Part shown: in pieces, positions 51,948-60,082 of the stretch
Numbering within the stretch: position 1 is the stretch's first letter
How the letters are laid out: each line of letters opens with the position of its first letter
DNA from: an uncultured Eubacteriales bacterium
GTDB lineage: Bacteria; Bacillota; Clostridia; Christensenellales; CAG-917
Length of the DNA: 64,000 nucleotides
Direction of reading: 5' to 3'
Assembly (NCBI GenBank): GCA_900547975.1
Contig: URIX01000004.1
Location: 2,719-66,718, forward strand
Translations under genes and position numbers: made by a program
Notes under the pieces: model-generated
Told to the model about the DNA's origin: nothing
The model's database searches: none
The model's input: only the letters and a program-made list of their open reading frames with translations

Positions 51948-54900
51948 ATGAGCAACAAAATGCAAAGACATCTGCCTTTGGTGTTCGTCGTCGCTCTCGC
52001 AATCGTTCTTGCGAGCGTTATGACGTTCTCGATTGCAGGCATTGCAAACGCCGACAGTCAAAAGACGCCGACCAACTCTCTTATGATCGGTCAATTCAGC
52101 GACATTCACTACTTCCCCGTCGACGATTGCTATCAAGACATCCAAAGTCCCGACTACAAAACGAGCGACTTCTACAATTCTATGACGGGCGACACCAAAC
52201 TCGTTATGGAAAGCGGTATGATCCTCAAACAACAAATCGAGCAATACATTGCCGACGCGAAGAAAGGAAAAGCACCGCAATACGTTTTCGCTTCGGGCGA
52301 CCTTAGCAAAAACGGCGAGGTCACCGCTCTCGTTGACGTTGCAAACGCATTGCGTTATATGCAAAACGAGATAAGAAAGATATCGGGTTATGAGAACTTC
52401 CAAGTTTTCGCAACGCCGGGCAACCACGACCTTTACAACACGTCGGGCGCGCTCTACTCGAAAACCGACGGTTCTAAACGCGTTTCCGACGCGTTGACGA
52501 CGATGCAATTCGCTCTCGTCTTTGCAGGTTTGGGCTATCCGAACGCAAACCTTGACGGAAGCGACGGCGCAATCAACCTCACAGAGTATTTGCCCGCAGA
52601 GTACTGGTACGGCGAGTACACAACCGATTATATTCCGTCCAAAAACGCGGATACGCTTGAAATCCACTACTACAACGAGCACATCGAAGCGGTCAACAAC
52701 ATGAACGCTTCCAAAACAACCGCCGACAAACTCAACGAATACTATCAAATCGGCGACGTAAACAACGCTCTTTCCTTGTCGGCGGAAATCAAAGTTGCCG
52801 ACTATAAGGATTATGCGCTTATGGTTATCGACGCTCACGATAGAGAGTCGGCGGAAGTCGGCGCATACGTCAGAGTGAACGAAGCGGAATATAACGTTAT
52901 CCGCAACAACAAGCAAGCAAACGGCGAAAATTACACTTTCTACGGCGCAACCGAAGAAGGCGCGGTCGATACCTCGACGACAATCGATGCCGAAGCCGCT
53001 TTCGCTGCAGGTAAAACCGTGTTCCGTTCGACAGGTCTCGACCACCTCTGCGGCGGCAGACTCACCGAAGGCGTGCTCGATTGGATGGAAAAATTCTGTG
53101 ACGCAAGAAACGCTGCCTCTAATCTCGGTGAAGCCACCGTCATCGCTTGCTTCCACCAGAACGCGCTTCCGCACTGGGAAATGGAAGACGAAATCCTCAA
53201 AGACTTCACCATCTACAACTGGGAAAACACCGCAAAACGCTTGCTCGATATGGGCACTCGCTACGTCTTCACGGGACATATGCACGTTTGCGACGCTATG
53301 ACCTACACCGACGTAGAGGGCAGAACGCTCTACGATTTCCAAACGGGTTCTTGCGTAAGTTACTATTCACCCAGAAGATACACCACACTCGAAAGATATA
53401 ACTTTGACGGAAAACTCGGCGAAGCCTGCATTTCTTCCGTATTCTGCCTCGACGACATAAGCGCAACGCCGTTTAAGGAAGTGCCGAGCCACAACGTGTT
53501 CACCGCACCGGCATTCAACGACGAAACTTTCCAAACCGCATACAAGGCGTACAAACTCGACCCCACCGAAGCAAAATGGCAGGCTGTCGTTGCAACCAAC
53601 CCCGACTATCTCGCATATATGATTAACTACGAGAATATGAACGCGCTCGGTTACAACGATTACATCAACGAACAAATCTATTCGATTCTTGTTGAAAGAG
53701 TTGTCGATCATTTCCTCAATCAAAGTACAATAGACGGACTCGTAGGCTCCGTTATGAATATGGTTGGCGGCGACAACACCGTACTCGGAATAGTCCGCAG
53801 CACCTTGTTTGCCGACTTCAAAAAGAGCGAAGACCCCGATTTGTACAAAGAATACGGCAATTTGGACGCCGATGAAAAGGCCGACGCCCTCAACGGACTT
53901 GTCAAATACATTCTCGACACCGTTCTCGAAGGCGTGACGTACGTCCATAACGACACGAATTACAATTCCGCACTCGACCTCGTAAATGCGGTCGTCAACG
54001 AAGTGCTTTCTTGGAAATTCGGCGACGACAGCATCGTATCCGCAGTCAATCCGAGAAATAGCGGCAAGATGCTCATTACCGATATCGCTGCATTCATTAT
54101 GACCGCTCATACGATGGGTATGGAAATTTCTCTCGACGAGACCGCAGAATCCATCAAGGCGATTTTCGGCGAGGAACAAAAAGTCGAAGACGGCAAGGAT
54201 TACCTTTTCAAGCACCCCTACAACCCCACCTATCGTTTGCGTATGGTAGCGGCGGTAAACGATATGCACGAGCAACTCATCAGCGGCAAATTCGTTGAAA
54301 ATTTGCTCACGACGTTGCTGAATCCCATCTTTACCGAAGACGGTTCGTTGCTCAAAACCATTCTCAATCATAAGTTCGATTTCGGCGACGCGGTTGACAA
54401 AGGCTATATGACAGAAGCGGCGTTTGAACACCTCAAAAAAGGTTTGGGCTCGAAACTTCCGTCCGTTTTGAATATGACGGCAGTCAAAAACGTTCTTGCA
54501 AAACTCGGCGTTGAAATTTCCCTTCCCGCAGACTACTCTATCGACGCGGAAAACTTCGTTCTCGTCAACGTTATCAACGATTTGCTTCCCGCAATCAAGA
54601 CTCTCGTTGCGAAACTTCTCGGCTTCTCGCTCGAAGGTCCGGACGTTATATCCATCGTTCAAAATTTCCTCGACAGTTATCTCGTCGACAGTTTCTACAA
54701 GGGACTCGGCGGCATTGCCGACGACATCGTGATTACGTTTGCAACCGACGTCTATCCCGATATGGACGACTTTGCTACCCCCCAAAAGCCTTCATACTAT
54801 CAACCCAACAAAGCGTATGAAAAGGACGGCGTGCGCCTCTCTTACCTCAGCACTCTCAACGAAGGCTCTAAGGTCGGCGCAGAATTCAACGCGGCAACGC

Positions 54901-56516
54901 AAGACAACGGCAGAGTTCCTTCTCGCGTGACTGCAAACTTCGATACTGCCAACTCTACAACTTCCTACACGATTAAGTTCTACACCGAAGAAAACGTGTA
55001 CGGAACGTTCAGACTCTTTGACGAAAACGGCAACAAGATAGGCGATGTAAGCACTTCTAAATCCGCCGCGCTCAAAGCGTATGCGACAAACAAGACCGAT
55101 TATCTCGACACGACGGCTTACAAAGAGTTCTCGAACGGAGTAAAAGCGACGGTATTCACTCAAACCAAACCGCAATACATTCCGCTCATCGACCTCGGAC
55201 TTCTCTGCCTCACTCACGGTCAAATCGTCGACAAGGACAACAACGACAAGCCGTACGTCTACGGTGACCGTGACAAAGCGGTTGCAAACAGCGTTATTTA
55301 CTGGAACGTCCACACCGTCACCATCAACGGTCTCGAAGCAGGCAAAACCTACTACTACGACATTCTCGGCAACTACGAAACCGACGGCGAACCCCTCGAA
55401 TTCTCTTTGGTCGAATACATCAAGACTCAAGGCTACGAAGGCAACGCCCTCACGTTCACGACGGCTGTCGGCAGAGACGTAGACGCATTCGAATTCCTCA
55501 CTATCGCGGACATTCAGGGTATGATTCAGAGTATGTACGACAACAGCCACGAGGCAGTCGACGCACTTCTTAAAGACGAAAGAGTCAACGCCTTCGATTT
55601 CATTCTCAACGCAGGCGATATGTGCGACAACGGCAAGAACTTCAATCAATGGGGTATGGCTCTCGACACCTATCAAGACCTCACGCTCAACACTTCCGTA
55701 TTCTTCACGTCGGGCAACCACGAGAACAATACGGGCGCAATGGGCAGATACTTCAACTACACCGAAAAGGTCGGCGAAGAAATTAAGGCAATAAGCGGCG
55801 AATACTATTCCTTCGATTACGCAAACGCACACTTCACCGTTCTCAACACCAACGACGCGTCCACCGACGGACTCGGCGAGGCTCAACTCGAATGGCTCAA
55901 AAACGACCTTGCGAACACAGACGCTAAATGGAAATTCGTGCTTATGCACAAGAGTTTGTACAGCGCAGGTTCGCACGCGTTCGACGGCGAAGTCAAGGCT
56001 ATGAGAGGGCAACTCACCACTCTCTTTGCAGAGCAAGGCGTAAACGTCGTGTTCGGCGGTCACGACCACTCCTACACCGCCACCTATCTCGTTGACAAAG
56101 ACGGCAAGGTCGTTGACAAAACGAGCAAAGACGGCGTGCGTTACACCGGCGACGGCGTTCTCTACATCACGCTCGGCACACTCGGCACGAAGTTCTACAA
56201 CTATAGAGAGAACGATATGACCACCGACAAATTCAACAAGGACGACAGCATACTTCACACGCTCGATTCTCAAACGTTCGGCAAGGTCAAAGTCGAAGGC
56301 GACACGATCACTTTCACGGGTTACTACTTCAACAGAGCAACCGGCAAAATCGATCAAATCGGCAACAGCACCGTTCTCGGCACAACGCCTATAAAGGACA
56401 ACAAACTTACGGTTATCCTTCTTTCCACCCTCATTCCGGGCGTGGCAGTGATAGGCGTAGGCACAGGACTTGGCGTCTACTTCGCAAAGAAGAAAAAAGC
56501 AAAAATCAGTGCTTAA
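51948..56516 (+). CDS. 1522-aa secreted, C-terminally membrane-anchored protein with two metallophosphoesterase domains (the second is purple-acid-phosphatase-like)
   Basis: Signal peptide MSNKMQRHLPLVFVVALAIVLASVMTFSIAGIANA. Domain 1 has SDIHYF, SGDLSKNG, PGNHD and TGHMH. Domain 2 is preceded by an FN3-like WNVHTVTINGLEAGKTYYYDI and has NAGDMCDNG, SGNHEN, VLMHKSLY and GGHDHSY. The C-terminal TM is ILLSTLIPGVAVIGVGTGLGVYF followed by KKKKAK. No LPXTG motif. Confidence 0.85.
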   Translation: MSNKMQRHLPLVFVVALAIVLASVMTFSIAGIANADSQKTPTNSLMIGQFSDIHYFPVDDCYQDIQSPDYKTSDFYNSMTGDTKLVMESGMILKQQIEQYIADAKKGKAPQYVFASGDLSKNGEVTALVDVANALRYMQNEIRKISGYENFQVFATPGNHDLYNTSGALYSKTDGSKRVSDALTTMQFALVFAGLGYPNANLDGSDGAINLTEYLPAEYWYGEYTTDYIPSKNADTLEIHYYNEHIEAVNNMNASKTTADKLNEYYQIGDVNNALSLSAEIKVADYKDYALMVIDAHDRESAEVGAYVRVNEAEYNVIRNNKQANGENYTFYGATEEGAVDTSTTIDAEAAFAAGKTVFRSTGLDHLCGGRLTEGVLDWMEKFCDARNAASNLGEATVIACFHQNALPHWEMEDEILKDFTIYNWENTAKRLLDMGTRYVFTGHMHVCDAMTYTDVEGRTLYDFQTGSCVSYYSPRRYTTLERYNFDGKLGEACISSVFCLDDISATPFKEVPSHNVFTAPAFNDETFQTAYKAYKLDPTEAKWQAVVATNPDYLAYMINYENMNALGYNDYINEQIYSILVERVVDHFLNQSTIDGLVGSVMNMVGGDNTVLGIVRSTLFADFKKSEDPDLYKEYGNLDADEKADALNGLVKYILDTVLEGVTYVHNDTNYNSALDLVNAVVNEVLSWKFGDDSIVSAVNPRNSGKMLITDIAAFIMTAHTMGMEISLDETAESIKAIFGEEQKVEDGKDYLFKHPYNPTYRLRMVAAVNDMHEQLISGKFVENLLTTLLNPIFTEDGSLLKTILNHKFDFGDAVDKGYMTEAAFEHLKKGLGSKLPSVLNMTAVKNVLAKLGVEISLPADYSIDAENFVLVNVINDLLPAIKTLVAKLLGFSLEGPDVISIVQNFLDSYLVDSFYKGLGGIADDIVITFATDVYPDMDDFATPQKPSYYQPNKAYEKDGVRLSYLSTLNEGSKVGAEFNAATQDNGRVPSRVTANFDTANSTTSYTIKFYTEENVYGTFRLFDENGNKIGDVSTSKSAALKAYATNKTDYLDTTAYKEFSNGVKATVFTQTKPQYIPLIDLGLLCLTHGQIVDKDNNDKPYVYGDRDKAVANSVIYWNVHTVTINGLEAGKTYYYDILGNYETDGEPLEFSLVEYIKTQGYEGNALTFTTAVGRDVDAFEFLTIADIQGMIQSMYDNSHEAVDALLKDERVNAFDFILNAGDMCDNGKNFNQWGMALDTYQDLTLNTSVFFTSGNHENNTGAMGRYFNYTEKVGEEIKAISGEYYSFDYANAHFTVLNTNDASTDGLGEAQLEWLKNDLANTDAKWKFVLMHKSLYSAGSHAFDGEVKAMRGQLTTLFAEQGVNVVFGGHDHSYTATYLVDKDGKVVDKTSKDGVRYTGDGVLYITLGTLGTKFYNYRENDMTTDKFNKDDSILHTLDSQTFGKVKVEGDTITFTGYYFNRATGKIDQIGNSTVLGTTPIKDNKLTVILLSTLIPGVAVIGVGTGLGVYFAKKKKAKISA

Positions 56517-56525
56517 CTAAAAAAT

Positions 56526-56555
56526 GCGCTCACCGAACGGTGAGCGCTTTTTTTT
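56526..56555 (+). terminator. Intrinsic terminator after the giant gene
   Basis: GCGCTCACCG/CGGTGAGCGC stem followed by TTTTTTTT. Confidence 0.8.
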
Positions 56556-56611
56556 AATTAATAATGAATAATTAATAATTAATAATTTTGGGTGGGCTCT
56601 GCCCACACCCG
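56556..56611. repeat. (AATTAAT)x4.5 plus GC-rich hairpin element, copy 2 (inverted relative to copy 1)
   Basis: AATTAATAATGAATAATTAATAATTAATAATTTT followed by GGGTGGGCTCTGCCCACACCC. Its reverse complement aligns with 32864-32910. Confidence 0.7.
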
Positions 56612-56626
56612 ATTAAATATCTGCAA

Positions 56627-56755
56627 GATTCGATGCGCTAAATCGATGCATAACGCGAAAGAGGCACTCGCTCGGCAACCCTAATTTACTAATCGTAAAT
56701 GAGTTGTCGAGCGAGTGCCTCTGACAAAGTCAGGCGCGATTTAGCACATCGAATC
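56627..56755. repeat. Long-hairpin repeat, copy E (type 1)
   Basis: Outer stem GATTCGATGCGCTAAATCG/CGATTTAGCACATCGAATC is 19 bp with one mismatch (C opposing A on the plus strand). Core ATGCATAACGCGAAAGAGGCACTCG...CGAGTGCCTCTGACAAAGTCAGGCG. The 3' arm encodes the last 4 codons and the stop of the HIT gene. Confidence 0.9.
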
Positions 56756-57082
56756 ACTAAGTTTTCGTCCGCCAAGTATATGAATATGCAAATGTCCGAC
56801 CGACTGGCAACCGTCCTCGCCCTTGTTGGATACGAGACGGAAACCGTTTTGAAGTCCCAACTCGTCGGTGAGCGTAGAGAGTTTTTTGAGGCATTTTGCG
56901 AGGGTTTGTGATTGAGAGTCCGTCATCTCGATTATATTTGCGTAATGCTCTTTGGGGATAAGCAAAAGATGCACGGGGGCTTGCGGATTCAAGTCCTTTA
57001 TGATAATCATATCGTCGTCTTCGTAGACTTTCGTTGACGGAATATCGCCTTTTACGATTTTGCAAAAAATGCAGTTGTCCAT
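56741..57082 (-). CDS. hit: Histidine triad (HIT) family nucleotide hydrolase
   Basis: CIFCKIVKGDIPS...VGHLHIHILGG. Confidence 0.9.
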   Translation of the reverse strand: MDNCIFCKIVKGDIPSTKVYEDDDMIIIKDLNPQAPVHLLLIPKEHYANIIEMTDSQSQTLAKCLKKLSTLTDELGLQNGFRLVSNKGEDGCQSVGHLHIHILGGRKLSDSMC

Positions 57083-57100
57083 ATCGATTTCTTCCTTTTA

Positions 57101-58390
57101 TTATTTTACGGTGTCGTCTGCAACGCCGTCGAGATAGATGTGAGTGGGCGTGATAAGACGGATTTCGTTATGCGCGCCGTTTTTCGAGTATACTTTGACA
57201 TAGTTCGGGGAATGTCCGCACCAAGCGCCGTGCGTTTGCGTTTCAAACAGCACGTTTGCAGGCATACCAAGTTGCTTGTTGAGGTAGTTGCGCACAAGTT
57301 CGCGCTTGACTGTGCTCATACGTTTTTGACGGTCGAGCACCACTTCGGGTGGCAGCGTAGGCATACGCCCCGCAACCGTTCCCCTTCTCGACGAATACGG
57401 GAAAACGTGAATATCGGCAAATCCGACTTTTTTTGCAAAAGCAACGCAGTTTTCAAATTCTTCTTCTCTTTCGCACGGAAAACCGACGATGATGTCAGTC
57501 GTAATCGCCGCGTCGGGATAGTATTCTCTGATAAGTTGCACCGCCGCATAGTATTCGTCGCAGGTATAGTGGCGATTCATTGCTTTGAGCACTCTGTCGT
57601 CGCCGCTTTGCAACGACAAATGGAAATGCGGACAGAATCTCTTTATGCCCTTCGTCGCGTCCAAAAACTCTTTTGACACCACGCCGACTTCGAGCGAACC
57701 GAGTCGCACGGCAAAATCGTACTTCGAGAGCATTTTCATAAGTTCGGTAAGCGACGAGCCGTTATCCTTGCCGTATGCGGAAAGGTTTATGCCTGTTACG
57801 ACCACCTCTTTTGCGACGTTTTGCACCTCGTCGAGTTCTCTTTCGATACTCTCGATGGCGCGCGAGCGGCTTCTGCCTCTGACGTAAGGAATCAAGCAGT
57901 AACTGCAAAAGTTGTTGCAACCGTCCTGAACCTTGATAAAATGCCTTGTGCGAAGATTCACGATTCCGTCGTTATCCTCGAAAACCGAACTTATGTCGAA
58001 CTTATCGGGAACGATTTTGTCGAATTGTGCTTCTTCACCCTTAAATTCGGTGACGATTTTGCGAGCGAAATCGAGTTTCCCGTCGCTGCCCGATATGTAT
58101 TGAACATTGTTTTTTGCAAACTGAGAAAAGTTGTTTTGAGAAGCGCAACCGCACACGAAAATCTTTGCGCCTGGATTGACTTTGAGTATTCTTGTCACCG
58201 ATTGACGAGATTTTTTTTCTGCTTCGGCGGTTACTGCACAAGAATTTATGACGTAAACGTCTGCATATTCAAGTCCTTCGGTAATTTCGAAGCCTGCGTG
58301 CTCGAAAATCGCAAGCATTGCGTCCGTGTCGTACTGATTGACCTTGCAACCCAGCGTAAATACGGATATTTTGGGAAGTTTGTCATTCAT
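57101..58390 (-). CDS. mtaB: tRNA t6A37 methylthiotransferase MtaB (MiaB-like radical SAM)
   Basis: TLGCKVNQYDT (UPF0004 domain) and CNNFCSYCLIPYVRG (CxxxCxxC). Lies after rsmE as in the B. subtilis yqeV position. Start at ATG 58390 overlaps the rsmE end; the track ORF is over-extended. Confidence 0.88.
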   Translation of the reverse strand: MNDKLPKISVFTLGCKVNQYDTDAMLAIFEHAGFEITEGLEYADVYVINSCAVTAEAEKKSRQSVTRILKVNPGAKIFVCGCASQNNFSQFAKNNVQYISGSDGKLDFARKIVTEFKGEEAQFDKIVPDKFDISSVFEDNDGIVNLRTRHFIKVQDGCNNFCSYCLIPYVRGRSRSRAIESIERELDEVQNVAKEVVVTGINLSAYGKDNGSSLTELMKMLSKYDFAVRLGSLEVGVVSKEFLDATKGIKRFCPHFHLSLQSGDDRVLKAMNRHYTCDEYYAAVQLIREYYPDAAITTDIIVGFPCEREEEFENCVAFAKKVGFADIHVFPYSSRRGTVAGRMPTLPPEVVLDRQKRMSTVKRELVRNYLNKQLGMPANVLFETQTHGAWCGHSPNYVKVYSKNGAHNEIRLITPTHIYLDGVADDTVK

Positions 58391-59108
58391 AATCAAGTTC
58401 CCCCAGAGTGTCCAAAAGTAAAGCGGAAGCCACGATAGAGGCGGTTTCCGCACGCAAAATACGTCTGCCGAGCGTCACGATTTGCGCGCCCGATTCTTTT
58501 GCGAATTGTGCTTCTTCGGGGGTAAAGCCGCCCTCTGCGCCCACAATCAAAGCAATCTTTTCCCCGCTCAAATCGCAATCTTTTATGCGGTTTTTCTTCT
58601 CGCCCTCGTATGCAAACAGCACTTTATCAAAGTCGCTAAGCGACTTTACGACATCTTGAAAATCGCAAAGTTCTCCCACTTTGGTGAGATATGCCGAACC
58701 GCATTGTTTTGCGGCTTCGAGCGCGATTTTGTCCGCCCTGTCCTTTGCGAATTTGGTTTCCGCCGTATTGCTCGACAAGAACGGACGAACCTCGTCTATT
58801 CCAAGTTCGACCGCCTTTTGAATTGCAAAATCGAGTTTATTGTTCTTCAAAAGTCCTGCAAACAGCGTGACGTGCACCCTCTTTTTGTCCTGCACTTTCT
58901 CATCTTCCACCGACAAAATCGCTTTGTCGCGGTCGATTTGCCTTATCGTGCAGTATCTTTCTATGCCGTCGTTTGCGCAGACAATCGCTTTGTAACCCGT
59001 TTTGTAGCGAAGAACTTTCGTCATATGCAAAAACTCGTCGCCCGAAACGACGATTTCACCGTTTGCGCAAACGTCTTGCGGATTGACAAAAAATCTTCTG
59101 ATTTCCAT
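58383..59108 (-). CDS. rsmE: 16S rRNA (uracil1498-N3)-methyltransferase
   Basis: MEIRRFFV..., PUA-like N-domain, C-terminal IVGAEGGFTPEE...LGRRILRAETA. Confidence 0.9.
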   Translation of the reverse strand: MEIRRFFVNPQDVCANGEIVVSGDEFLHMTKVLRYKTGYKAIVCANDGIERYCTIRQIDRDKAILSVEDEKVQDKKRVHVTLFAGLLKNNKLDFAIQKAVELGIDEVRPFLSSNTAETKFAKDRADKIALEAAKQCGSAYLTKVGELCDFQDVVKSLSDFDKVLFAYEGEKKNRIKDCDLSGEKIALIVGAEGGFTPEEAQFAKESGAQIVTLGRRILRAETASIVASALLLDTLGELDYE

Positions 59109-59120
59109 ATTCTAATCGGG

Positions 59121-60029
59121 TTAATTTTGTTTTCTTATGAGTTTGAGCGCGCGCCAGTCGTCCATTGCAATACGCTCGACGATTTCGTAGCCCGCTTCTT
59201 CATAACATTGTATCACTTCGTCGAGTCTTGTGTCAATTATACCCGACAACACGATAGTTCCGTTTTGGCGCAAATGCTTGCCTATGCTCTTTGAAAAGCG
59301 CATAAGTATGTCGGCGGTGATGTTTGCGAATATGAAGTCCGCTTGTTGGTCGCCTTCGAGCAAATCGGCTTTTTCTATGGTTGCGTCCACTTTGTTGAGT
59401 TCGGCGTTGCGCTTTGCAAATTCCACCGCTTGTTCGTCGATGTCGCACATATACACGCTTTTTGCGCCGCAAATCTTTGCCGCAATGCCCAAAATGCCGC
59501 TTCCGCACCCCACGTCGATGACGTCTTTGCCCTCGACGTCCATAAGTTCGAGGCACATTCTCGTCGTTGCGTGCGAACCCGTGCCGAACGCCATTCCGGG
59601 GTCGAGGCGCATAATCTTTTCGCCCTCGCTCGCCTTATATTCTATCCAAGTGGGAACTATGGTTATATTCTTCGTTTTTATGGGAGTATAGTACTTTTTC
59701 CACTCGTTTTCGTAGTCGGCGGCATCGATTTCGCCAAGCAGTATTTCGCCGAATTGCACGCCGTTTTTCTTCATTTCCTCGAGATTCGCTTCGAGCGCGG
59801 CAAGAAAATCCGCGTCGGTGGGCTCGTACATTGTGGAAACCTTGACCACTTCGCTTTGCTGCAAAACGCTTTCGTCGACGTAGTCCCAGATAACGTCGCT
59901 TTTTACGAGGTCGAGGAAGTCTTGTTTGTCCAAAATAGAAACGCCGCCCGCACCTGCGTCAAACATTGCTGACGAGATGAGGTCGGCGTCGTTATGGTTT
60001 GTAAAAACCGTGATCGTTTTGTATTTCAT
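59121..60029 (-). CDS. prmA: Ribosomal protein L11 methyltransferase
   Basis: LDPGMAFGTGSHATT...DVGCGSGILGIAA. Lies after dnaJ. Confidence 0.9.
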   Translation of the reverse strand: MKYKTITVFTNHNDADLISSAMFDAGAGGVSILDKQDFLDLVKSDVIWDYVDESVLQQSEVVKVSTMYEPTDADFLAALEANLEEMKKNGVQFGEILLGEIDAADYENEWKKYYTPIKTKNITIVPTWIEYKASEGEKIMRLDPGMAFGTGSHATTRMCLELMDVEGKDVIDVGCGSGILGIAAKICGAKSVYMCDIDEQAVEFAKRNAELNKVDATIEKADLLEGDQQADFIFANITADILMRFSKSIGKHLRQNGTIVLSGIIDTRLDEVIQCYEEAGYEIVERIAMDDWRALKLIRKQN

Positions 60030-60082
60030 TCGTTATACTCTCGCATTAAGCGGTTTAGATTGCCGCTTTTGTGTGGTTTATC

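Noticed and set aside
51888-56357. Three minus-strand ORFs (484, 472 and 521 aa) tiling the giant metallophosphoesterase gene.
   Set aside because: They are antisense shadow ORFs, broken only where the sense gene uses a TCA/TTA/CTA codon. The sense ORF has a signal peptide, catalytic motifs, a promoter, an SD site and a terminator.
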